NCBI GenBank assembly: GCA_945929875.1
Contig: CAMEOO010000001.1
Coordinates: forward strand, 73,765-137,764
DNA from: an uncultured Bacillales bacterium
GTDB lineage: Bacteria; Bacillota_I; Bacilli_A; RFN20; CAG-449
DNA: 64,000 nt
Direction: 5' to 3'
This document shows positions 46,935-54,633 of this stretch, piece after piece (positions within the stretch are counted from its first letter, which is position 1; each line of letters begins with the position of its first letter). The notes below the pieces were generated by a model. The model did no database searches. It was not told the DNA's origin and worked only from the letters and a program-made list of their open reading frames with translations. The position numbers and the translations under genes are program-made.

Positions 46935-47486
46935 TTATACTATTATTTTTATATAATCTACTTCTAAGGTTTCTACATAGTTTAACGAGCCATTTTTACT
47001 ACCCAAATTAAAATATATACTAAGAGTTATTTTATAGTCACTTAATAGGCCTAAATCATTAAAATGATAGACTTCTTTTAATCCATCTCCATATACACTA
47101 GTGGCATAACTTGGAGAACTAGATATGGTTTTGCTAAAATATGTTTGAGCATCTATTTTCCTTGAAACCGTAATCTTTTTTCCAATTACTTTAAAAGAAT
47201 ACGAATCATTGAAATTATACGAGTATTTTTGAAATTTATACGCTTCAAATCCTGATTCGTTTTTACATATATTTTATCCGACTTTAAAATAGTCTTCAAA
47301 ATAGCCTTCAGCTTTTTTTACATTTTTAGTTAAGATACTCTTACATTTTCCATAATTGATTTGAGAATCTGAATAGGTTTGACTTGCAAAGTATATTACT
47401 TGACCATAATCCATCTTTTTTGCGCAACTATTTAAAGATATTAAAGAAATAATTGCTAAAAAAAGCGTTAACAATTTCTTTTTCAT
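46935..47486 (-). pseudogene. Lipoprotein paralogue interrupted by one in-frame TAA (codon 71)
   Basis: The 70-aa ORF 47274-47486 (MKKKLLTLFLAIISLISLNSC...) stops at TAA. The same frame stays open for 112 more codons (NICKNESGFEAYKFQKYSYNFNDSYSFKVIGKKITVSRK...EVYHFNDLGLLSDYKITLSIYFN...) down to TAA at 46935-46937. Both halves align with the intact 186-aa neighbour. The stop sits where the neighbour has Lys (VGK), consistent with AAA to TAA. Confidence 0.75.
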
Positions 47487-47511
47487 GTCCTATTCCCCTC
47501 CATATTTAATT

Positions 47512-47543
47512 AAAAAAAAGGAAAAGAATAGATTCTTTTCCTT
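47512..47543 (-). terminator. Strong rho-independent terminator after the intact lipoprotein gene
   Basis: Minus-strand stem GGAAAAGAA / UUCUUUUCC (47520-47528 / 47533-47541, extendable by two A-U pairs) with a 4-nt loop, followed by a U tract. Confidence 0.8.
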
Positions 47544-47576
47544 ATTAAGATATTGATTTAGATAATAAATGATAAT

Positions 47577-48137
47577 TTATTTGGAATATGTGTTAGTGAT
47601 TGTTGTGGCCATAGTAATTCCACCGTTTACAGTAACGCCAAATGAAGACATCGTGAATGACATATCAATAGAAACAGTAGCCTTAGTTAATAGTCCTTCT
47701 TCATTAAAATAATAAGTTTCTTTTGATCCCTTTCCAGTAACTTTTGCTTCCACTGAATCTAAAAGGCCTAATTGATCATCCACTTCTTTAAAGTAATCAG
47801 CTGAACTCACTGATTTAGTAACAGTCATTTCTTTACCATTTAAAGAATAAGTATATGTATCATCAAAATCTAATGACACAACATCATATTTATATGTATC
47901 AACGCTAGAATCTACTTCATCTTCCGTCTTTCCTACTTCAAACATTTTAGCGTAAATACCTTCCGCTTTCTTAACATCGATAACTGTTTTTGTTTTACAA
48001 CTCTTATAGTTAAGTTCAACTTTAGAATAATTCTCACTAGCGAAAGTTTTAGCTTCTTCATAATCTAATTTTTTTGAACAACTTCCTAGGGTAAAAACAG
48101 ACAAAACCGCTAAAGATAATAATAATTTCTTTTTCAT
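47577..48137 (-). CDS. Lipoprotein, unknown function
   Basis: 186 aa with signal peptide plus lipobox MKKKLLLSLAVLSVFTLGSC and a mature part rich in beta-strand-like T/V/S/Y segments. It is a paralogue of the adjacent pseudogene. Confidence 0.75.
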   Translation of the reverse strand: MKKKLLLSLAVLSVFTLGSCSKKLDYEEAKTFASENYSKVELNYKSCKTKTVIDVKKAEGIYAKMFEVGKTEDEVDSSVDTYKYDVVSLDFDDTYTYSLNGKEMTVTKSVSSADYFKEVDDQLGLLDSVEAKVTGKGSKETYYFNEEGLLTKATVSIDMSFTMSSFGVTVNGGITMATTITNTYSK

Positions 48138-48166
48138 TTTTAATTCCTCTCTCTATTCATAATTTA

Positions 48167-48194
48167 ATTATATAATCTACAACCATATTGTAAA
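48167..48194 (-). promoter_or_regulatory. Sigma-A-type promoter of the lipoprotein gene
   Basis: Minus strand: TTTACA (48189-48194), 16-nt spacer, TATAAT (48167-48172), ~30 nt upstream of the ATG at 48137. Confidence 0.55.
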
Positions 48195-48218
48195 AGAAAA
48201 TTTTATATTTTTCATTAT

Positions 48219-48962
48219 CTAAGTATCTTTTTCTCTTTGATAAATCTTATCGATTATTTCATTTTGGTTGAAAAACTTTGTCTTATCGAAATAATAATTA
48301 TTTCTAAAGCGGAAAATCGTTAATTTTTTATTAATTTTATCTTTATAATTTTCTTTTGAAAATCTTTTTTTTATTAAAAACAATAAATAATCTTTTTTAA
48401 AATTGACAATTTGAGAAATAAAACCAATTAAAATAAATCCAATTATTAAAGCATCACCCAAAGTATTTATTACAAATAATAGCAAAAGTACAAGAATGAA
48501 AGATAAAATGATTCTTATTACTCTACATTGTAATTCATTAAAAAAATGAGCCAAAAGGATATCGATTATCTTTCCTCCATCTAAAGGATAAATAGGTATA
48601 ATGTTAAATAATAGTATCATCATATTATATTCTTGTGCCAAGCGAAGACCATATGATGAAATTAAGTTTACTTCAAATAATAATTTAATCAATAACAGGC
48701 TTATAAAATAACTTGCAGGACCACTGATAAGAATCAATAATTGCTTAATTGGATGTAATAAATATATATCCTCTATTTTTGCATTAAATCCAGTTGGATA
48801 CATTATTATTTCTTTAGTTCTTATTTTAAAGATTTTGGCTACAAATACATGCGATAATTCATGAATTAATCCAAAGATATATAAAAATAAAATACCATTA
48901 AATCTATTAAATATCAGGGCTAAAAGAATATAAATAATGGTTAAAGGATGGATAATTAACAT
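48219..48962 (-). CDS. spoIVFB: Site-2 (M50) intramembrane metalloprotease SpoIVFB
   Basis: 247 aa with HELSHVFVA (HExxH) in a TM helix and YPLDGGKI (the LDG motif). It follows spoIVFA with a 1-nt TAATG overlap. Confidence 0.8.
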   Translation of the reverse strand: MLIIHPLTIIYILLALIFNRFNGILFLYIFGLIHELSHVFVAKIFKIRTKEIIMYPTGFNAKIEDIYLLHPIKQLLILISGPASYFISLLLIKLLFEVNLISSYGLRLAQEYNMMILLFNIIPIYPLDGGKIIDILLAHFFNELQCRVIRIILSFILVLLLLFVINTLGDALIIGFILIGFISQIVNFKKDYLLFLIKKRFSKENYKDKINKKLTIFRFRNNYYFDKTKFFNQNEIIDKIYQREKDT

Positions 48963-49519
48963 TACTTAATTTCTGAATAGTCGATCATTTTTCCATCTTG
49001 CTTAAATAAGGCTTTAAAAGTTTGATTGTATGAGCAAAGATAATCCCCCTTTTTTACTTGATCGTAAGTTTTGACAAGGGGATCAAATACGTTATAATAA
49101 GCAACAAGAAGCGAGTTTTGATACTCTACAAGTAGAGAATATGAATCATCTAACTCTTTTTTTACTAAATAAACCACTCCATAATCTAAGGAAGGAATTT
49201 GACTTCCTTCACAATAAAAATAATCATCTTCATCACTTTTTAAATAAATGACATTAGAATTTACACTTTTAACGCCACTACTATTTGTTCTAAAGGTAAA
49301 TAATGAATCTAGTACATTATCAACATTTTCATTCACTTTTGTAAAATTTGCATTTATCCCAAAATTATTTTTCAAAAAAGAGGCATTTTGATCTTTCTTC
49401 ATATAAATGAGAACTCCAAGAAGAATAGATAATAATCCACATACTACACTTAATATTTTAAAAACTTTGTTCTTTTTATCTTTTTTAATGCGATTTCTAA
49501 TGTCTTCAACCTTGTCCAT
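48962..49519 (-). CDS. spoIVFA: SpoIVFA-like regulator (single TM plus degenerate LytM/M23 domain)
   Basis: 185 aa with a basic N-terminus and TM ILSVVCGLLSILLGVLIY. The C-terminus GVVYLVKKE...LLVEYQNSLLVAYYNVFDPLVKTYDQVKKGDYLC...FKQDGKMIDYSEI parallels the B. subtilis SpoIVFA C-terminus. It has the minD-spoIVFA-spoIVFB synteny. Confidence 0.6.
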   Translation of the reverse strand: MDKVEDIRNRIKKDKKNKVFKILSVVCGLLSILLGVLIYMKKDQNASFLKNNFGINANFTKVNENVDNVLDSLFTFRTNSSGVKSVNSNVIYLKSDEDDYFYCEGSQIPSLDYGVVYLVKKELDDSYSLLVEYQNSLLVAYYNVFDPLVKTYDQVKKGDYLCSYNQTFKALFKQDGKMIDYSEIK

Positions 49520-49560
49520 TGTTCTTCCTCCTAAAAAAATATATGAACAATCATTAATAT

Positions 49561-50259
49561 TTAGACTATAGATAAGCTATTTATCTTAATCTCTTTTTCT
49601 ATCATTTTCACAAATTCTTTATCTTGAAAAAGAATCTTTTGCTTCTTGTAGATATCACCTTTACAATATTTAATTAAATATAAGTATTGATTTGATAAAT
49701 AGTAATTAAAGTTAGAATAGATTTCACTTTTAAATGTATCTTTTTTGTTATATTTATTCATTGCAAAGATGATTTTATTTATCTTATGCATTTTACAAAC
49801 TCTTAAAGTTTTTCTTGCATCTTCAAAAGAAGTTAATTCGTTATTTAAAACAATCAATGCTTTTGTTGCAATAGTAAGAGTATTTAAAAACCCTTGTTCT
49901 ATTCCAGCAGGAGAATCTACAATTACATAATCGTAATCATTTTTTACCTCTTGAATTAATGATTCAAGAAGATACTCAGGATACTTATTTACTTCTGTTG
50001 ATAAGCATAGATTTAATAAAAAAAGATTGGTTTTAATTTTATTTATCGCTTGATATAATTCACATCTTCCTTTGATAACATCTGAAATATCAAACTTACT
50101 TTTTATAGCGTTGAATATTAGTTCTAAGTTAGTTAAACCTAAGTCCGCATCGATTAATAACACTTTAAAATTTTTAGAAAGATATAAACCAATTAGACCG
50201 CTTAAAGTGGATTTACCTACTCCTCCTTTTCCACTTGTTACTACGATAATATCTTTCAT
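49561..50259 (-). CDS. minD: Septum site-determining ATPase MinD (short form)
   Basis: 232 aa with the deviant Walker A VVTSGKGGVGKST, LIDADLGLTNLE and VDSPAGIEQGF. Confidence 0.75.
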   Translation of the reverse strand: MKDIIVVTSGKGGVGKSTLSGLIGLYLSKNFKVLLIDADLGLTNLELIFNAIKSKFDISDVIKGRCELYQAINKIKTNLFLLNLCLSTEVNKYPEYLLESLIQEVKNDYDYVIVDSPAGIEQGFLNTLTIATKALIVLNNELTSFEDARKTLRVCKMHKINKIIFAMNKYNKKDTFKSEIYSNFNYYLSNQYLYLIKYCKGDIYKKQKILFQDKEFVKMIEKEIKINSLSIV

Positions 50260-50735
50260 AACAATTGATCTCCTTTAATAAAAACATTTTCTTTTGTTAG
50301 ATATGAGGAAGACTTAGTATTAATGATCTTCGCGTTATTTAACTTTTTGCAAACCACTTTTGCATCTTCATTTTCTAAAATTAAAGTTCCTTCTACTTCA
50401 CCTAGAAAAATAGCAAAGGAACTAATTTTTAGAGTCATTTCTCTTGGTATTTTAAACTTAATAAGCGATTTTTGATCAAGAGTTTTAACTAGAGGAAAAT
50501 CATCTTCTTCATATTCATAAAAACTTTTATCGATTACATTTAAAGAAGTTATTATTCCTTTGTTATAAAAACTTAATTTTGGAACAATTAAAGATAGACT
50601 TTCTTCAAATAGATCTTTGCTGACTTCTAATTTCATATACACTTGACTGGTAAAACTATTAAATATCGATTCGATGTTAGCTAAACAATTTAATAATTGC
50701 TCTCTACTAGTAATAATCATAATTTCTTCTTTCAT
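50256..50735 (-). CDS. Hypothetical protein; possible highly divergent MinC (positional call only)
   Basis: 159 aa with a 4-nt ATGA overlap with minD. The C-terminal beta-rich segment LKISSFAIFLGEVEGTLILENEDAKVVCKKL could be a MinC-like beta-helix, but no convincing motif match. Confidence 0.3.
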   Translation of the reverse strand: MKEEIMIITSREQLLNCLANIESIFNSFTSQVYMKLEVSKDLFEESLSLIVPKLSFYNKGIITSLNVIDKSFYEYEEDDFPLVKTLDQKSLIKFKIPREMTLKISSFAIFLGEVEGTLILENEDAKVVCKKLNNAKIINTKSSSYLTKENVFIKGDQLL

Positions 50736-50851
50736 ATTCTCACCGTTATAATTATCCTACAATCACCATGTCGAAATTTTGCACTTTTATAATTTTTTTT
50801 TAGATTTTTTTATTTTTCTTACTAAGTATCTATATGAAGGAGGAAAAATCT

Positions 50852-51028
50852 ATGCGCATGTTAAGTGATGTTGAAATGATGACACTAACAGGTGGAGAAG
50901 TATTTACTATCGCTGCAGTTATGGCTTGTTTAGCCGCTGCCATCGTCGCAGTTATCTGCTATCGCCTATTTATGTCAAAAAGTGGAAGTACAACTTTGCC
51001 TGGTGGATTTAAATTTACCTGGGCATAA
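50852..51028 (+). CDS. 58-aa peptide with a double-glycine (class II bacteriocin / pheromone type) leader and a hydrophobic 43-aa core
   Basis: MRMLSDVEMMTLTGG / EVFTIAAVMACLAAAIVAVICYRLFMSKSGSTTLPGGFKFTWA. The leader matches LSxxELxxIxGG at positions -12, -11, -8, -7, -4, -2 and -1. GGAGG lies 8 nt upstream of this ATG (the ORF-track start at 50834 contains the SD). The TAA stop shares a nucleotide with the radC ATG. Confidence 0.6.
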   Translation: MRMLSDVEMMTLTGGEVFTIAAVMACLAAAIVAVICYRLFMSKSGSTTLPGGFKFTWA

Positions 51029-51699
51029 TGGCAAGAATTAAAGATTTGCCTCTAAATGAAAGGCCAAGAGAAAAGGCCTTATTGTTTGGAATCGACAAAT
51101 TATCTAACGCGGAACTACTTGCTCTTTTAATTAGTTCTGGAAATAAGAAGATGTCTAGTTTAGAAATCGCTAATAATTTGTTAGTTAAAACTAGTGGTAT
51201 TGAAAACTTAAAGTACCTTACTTTAGATGAATTATTAGAGATTGAAGGTATCAACAAAGCGAAAGCTTTAAATATCCTTTCAATTTTTGAAATAGCAAAA
51301 AGAGCTTACGTTGAAGTAAAAAGAAAAAAAATCGACATAAATTATTTAATTAAATACTTTAAATCCATCTATCAAAATGAAAAGCAAGAGAAATCATTTT
51401 TAGTATTAGTAAATAATAAGGATGAGCTTCTCTTCATTAAGGAGCTCTTTATTGGAAACGAAAACTCTTTAGCATTTTCAAGTCGAGTGATTATTAGCTA
51501 TATAGTAAAATACGACGCAAAAAAGTATTATCTAGTTCACAATCATCCAAGCGGCAATCCTCTTCCTAGTCAAAATGATCTACTTACAACTAGTTCATTA
51601 GAACTAATTACTTTAGGAATTTCCTGCTCTCTTGTGGACCATCTAGTCTTTGGGAAAGATTCTTGTTATTCGATCATTCAAAAAAAAGAGATCAAGTAG
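51028..51699 (+). CDS. radC: RadC-family JAB/MPN domain protein (UPF0758)
   Basis: 223 aa with an N-terminal HhH region (LSNAELLALLISSG) and the JAMM-like motif HNHPSGNPLPSQND. It has no SD of its own, only the TAATG coupling to the upstream peptide. Confidence 0.88.
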   Translation: MARIKDLPLNERPREKALLFGIDKLSNAELLALLISSGNKKMSSLEIANNLLVKTSGIENLKYLTLDELLEIEGINKAKALNILSIFEIAKRAYVEVKRKKIDINYLIKYFKSIYQNEKQEKSFLVLVNNKDELLFIKELFIGNENSLAFSSRVIISYIVKYDAKKYYLVHNHPSGNPLPSQNDLLTTSSLELITLGISCSLVDHLVFGKDSCYSIIQKKEIK

Positions 51700-51701
51700 A
51701 A

Positions 51702-51727
51702 AAAAGATGAGGTTTCCCTCATCTTTT
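51702..51727. terminator. Bidirectional terminator between convergent radC and the M16 protease gene
   Basis: Perfect 11-bp stem AAAAGATGAGG / CCTCATCTTTT (51702-51712 / 51717-51727) with a 4-nt loop and A/T tracts on both sides. It exactly fills the gap between the two stop codons. Confidence 0.85.
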
Positions 51728-51728
51728 A

Positions 51729-54617
51729 TTATAGAGATTTTACTTTTTCAAATGAGTATTCTTTAATCTTTTGCTCATTTCCAATAGTTGATTCACTTGA
51801 AAGTGGAATTAATTTTTCAAAGACGTCTCCTAAAGATCTAATATCGTTAACGCTTGTATGTAACATTTCTTTTTTAAGATTCATCTTATCTTTCTTTGAA
51901 TATCCACGTAAATAATATAAGTCAGCTGTATCGATAGTTAAAGGAGTTGACATTGGTGAATCGAACCCACCTAAAGCTCCGATAATGTAATTATTAAATT
52001 CATCTTTTGACACTTTGAAATTCTTTAAATATGTCACTACATCTTTAAATGCAGCATAAGTATTTACTACATTAGGATCACGGTATGAGCCAAAGCAAAC
52101 ATCGTTAGTTAGCTCAGCTGATAGACTGCAACCATAAGCTCCTCCTTTAACTCTAACTTGAACCCATAAATAGTCGTAATTTACAATGTGAGATAGAACT
52201 AAATATTTACCTGACAATTTTTCATTTACATTTTCAAGATTACCCGCTAAAGCGTTGTAAGAAACTTGAGAAGGAACTATTAGCGCCTCTTTTGTTGGTT
52301 CTTTAATATTTGCACTTAGTCTATTTTCATAAGAATTATCGTAAAGTTTTATCTTTTTGACTTGTCTCTTTAATAAAGATAAGGTTTCTTTATCACCAGA
52401 AATAGAGACTTTAACATTGTCGTAAGTAAAGATTTTACTAGAAATCTCCTTTAATTTATTAACAAAGTCTTTATAAGAGAAATCTTTTAATAAATTATTT
52501 AAGAAATCAAAGAATTTTGGTCCATTTGCGTATAAAGAATAGTAGTATGCTTGTTTTGAGAAGTGGCTCTTTGCATCGTTCATTGCAATTCTCATTCCAT
52601 TTTCAATGATTTCATTTCTAACTGCCGTTTGCATTTGCTTTAATACTTGCAAGACTTCCTTCTTAGTAAATTTAGATTTCATTAAGACTTCATTTGTTAA
52701 TGAAGGAATGTAAGAAACATTTTCTAAAATTGCACTTAAAGAAACGCTTAAATAGAGTGAAGCATCATCTTTAGAACTACCAAATGTAGATACTTTAAAT
52801 GAGAAATCTCCTAAGTAAGTTTTAATTAAATTAGTTAATTCTAAGGAACTATGTTTTTTAGTAGGTACGTTTAAATATAAAGAAGTTAATAAAGTGACGT
52901 AAGGAATTTCTTCTTCGGTCAATCTTTCTAGATTAAAATATAGTCTAGTGTAAGCAATCTTATTGGTATTGATGGTATGAGTGAATCCTTCCATCTTCTT
53001 TAATTGAACTTTTTTAGAATCAAGGTAATTGACACTTGTTGGAATATCTTTTAATGAAAGTTTTGGAAGGCAAGAAAGTTCTTCTTTAGTGTCGATATGA
53101 TTTTGATAAAGAGCTAAATCTTGATTTAATTTAATTAAGTCTTCAATTTCTTGTTCACTCATACTCTCTTTGATTGCTTTCATCTTTTCTTCCATCAATC
53201 TATTTCTTTCTTCACCTAAAGTATTTGAAGGATTGACGACAACTTCAACATTATGAACGCTGTTGAGAATATATTTTTCTAATAATTTTTCAAAATATCC
53301 ATTATCTAATTCTCTCTTAAATTTTTCATAATGTTTTGAAAATTGTAAATGGCTAGTAATATCACCTTTGTAATTGAAACTTCCCATCATATTCATGGCG
53401 AAGATTAATCCTTTAGGCATTCTACCCATATCTAATTCTTTATCTTTAAATTCTGAAAAATTAATTGAAGCTAAAAGTAAAGATTTATCTATTCCTTGAG
53501 ATACAATATCTCTAACTGCATTTTCAAAAGTTTCTTTGAATAGCTCTTTTTTATCTTTGTTAGTTTTTTCAAGGACGATAGTAAGACTTGGAGTGATATT
53601 TCCATCATCAATTACTGCATAAACATTTTCTCCAAGTTTAGCGTCTAATAATTTCTTTTTTAATGGAGAGTCATTTTTAGATAATAAAGCGTCATTTAAT
53701 ATTTGCATCGCTAGTAATTCTTCATAATTATCAAAACTATCTAATGCATAGCATAAAGACATATAAGTATTATCTTTTAATGATTCTTCTTTACCGATTT
53801 CATAATCTTTTTCATAATTCAAATTGATTACTGGTTTTTGTTTTTCGATAGTTATTTCTTCACCAGTTTTATCAAACTTAGAGAAGTATTCTTCATCTAA
53901 GAACTTTAATTTCTCTTCAATATCCATCTTTCCATAAAAATAAGTCATTGCATTTTCAGGGGTGTAATGTTTTTTATAGAAAGCTTTATAATCTTCATAA
54001 GTTAAAGAAGGAATTACTTCTGGATCTCCTCCAGAATTATGGCGATAAATTGTATCTGGATACATCGCTTCATTCGTCGCTTGATTTAAGACGCGATCAA
54101 CTGAGCTCATCGCTCCTTTCATCTCGTTATAAACTACCCCTTTATAAGAAGGTAATCCATCTTTAGAATTTAACTCAAGATGCCATCCTTCTTGTAAGAA
54201 AGGTTTAGGATCTTTAACTGATAAAGGATTAAAAACTGCATCTAAATAAATGCTTAAAATATTGTCAAAATCTTTTGGAGTTTGTGAAGAGAATGGATAC
54301 ATCGTCCAATCGCTTGCGGTAAATGCATTTAAAAAAGTAGCTAAAGAAGTTTTTAATAAATTGACAAATGGCTCTTTTAAAGGATACTTTTCTGAACCGC
54401 ATAGTAAACTGTGTTCGATGATGTGGCAAACCCCTGTACTATCTTGTGGTAAAGTTCTAAAGCCGATGGTGAAGGCACAATTAGTATCTTCACAAGCTAA
54501 ATAATATACATTCCCACCTGATTTAAGATGTTCGTAATGATATAGAGTCGCGCTGATATCATTAACTGGAGTGACATCTAATAATTTAAATCCATATTTA
54601 ATTTCATTAATTTCCAT
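51729..54617 (-). CDS. M16C-family (PreP / insulinase-like) zinc metalloprotease
   Basis: 962 aa with the inverted zinc motif HIIEH in CHIIEHSLLCGSEKYP. The four-domain size is typical of presequence-protease-like M16C enzymes. Confidence 0.8.
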   Translation of the reverse strand: MEINEIKYGFKLLDVTPVNDISATLYHYEHLKSGGNVYYLACEDTNCAFTIGFRTLPQDSTGVCHIIEHSLLCGSEKYPLKEPFVNLLKTSLATFLNAFTASDWTMYPFSSQTPKDFDNILSIYLDAVFNPLSVKDPKPFLQEGWHLELNSKDGLPSYKGVVYNEMKGAMSSVDRVLNQATNEAMYPDTIYRHNSGGDPEVIPSLTYEDYKAFYKKHYTPENAMTYFYGKMDIEEKLKFLDEEYFSKFDKTGEEITIEKQKPVINLNYEKDYEIGKEESLKDNTYMSLCYALDSFDNYEELLAMQILNDALLSKNDSPLKKKLLDAKLGENVYAVIDDGNITPSLTIVLEKTNKDKKELFKETFENAVRDIVSQGIDKSLLLASINFSEFKDKELDMGRMPKGLIFAMNMMGSFNYKGDITSHLQFSKHYEKFKRELDNGYFEKLLEKYILNSVHNVEVVVNPSNTLGEERNRLMEEKMKAIKESMSEQEIEDLIKLNQDLALYQNHIDTKEELSCLPKLSLKDIPTSVNYLDSKKVQLKKMEGFTHTINTNKIAYTRLYFNLERLTEEEIPYVTLLTSLYLNVPTKKHSSLELTNLIKTYLGDFSFKVSTFGSSKDDASLYLSVSLSAILENVSYIPSLTNEVLMKSKFTKKEVLQVLKQMQTAVRNEIIENGMRIAMNDAKSHFSKQAYYYSLYANGPKFFDFLNNLLKDFSYKDFVNKLKEISSKIFTYDNVKVSISGDKETLSLLKRQVKKIKLYDNSYENRLSANIKEPTKEALIVPSQVSYNALAGNLENVNEKLSGKYLVLSHIVNYDYLWVQVRVKGGAYGCSLSAELTNDVCFGSYRDPNVVNTYAAFKDVVTYLKNFKVSKDEFNNYIIGALGGFDSPMSTPLTIDTADLYYLRGYSKKDKMNLKKEMLHTSVNDIRSLGDVFEKLIPLSSESTIGNEQKIKEYSFEKVKSL

Positions 54618-54633
54618 ATACTATAAATCCTTT

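Noticed and set aside
50769-50775. Perfect Spo0A-box heptamer TGTCGAA in the minC-like / GG-peptide divergent region (also TGTCGCA at 22929-22935 upstream of spoIIGA)
   Set aside because: By rough base-composition reasoning, a 7-mer is expected several times by chance in 64 kb of both strands. There are no paired boxes and no appropriate spacing to a promoter, so the evidence is insufficient.
50788-50793. TATAAT hexamer as the promoter of the GG-peptide/radC unit
   Set aside because: There is no acceptable -35 (ACCATG/CACCAT) and no TG extension. TATAAT is frequent in this AT-rich DNA. It is kept only as a possibility.
51015-51257. 80-aa minus-strand ORF opposite the radC 5' half
   Set aside because: It is antisense to radC, which has the HhH and JAMM motifs. 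It would also overlap the GG-peptide stop, and it has no SD.
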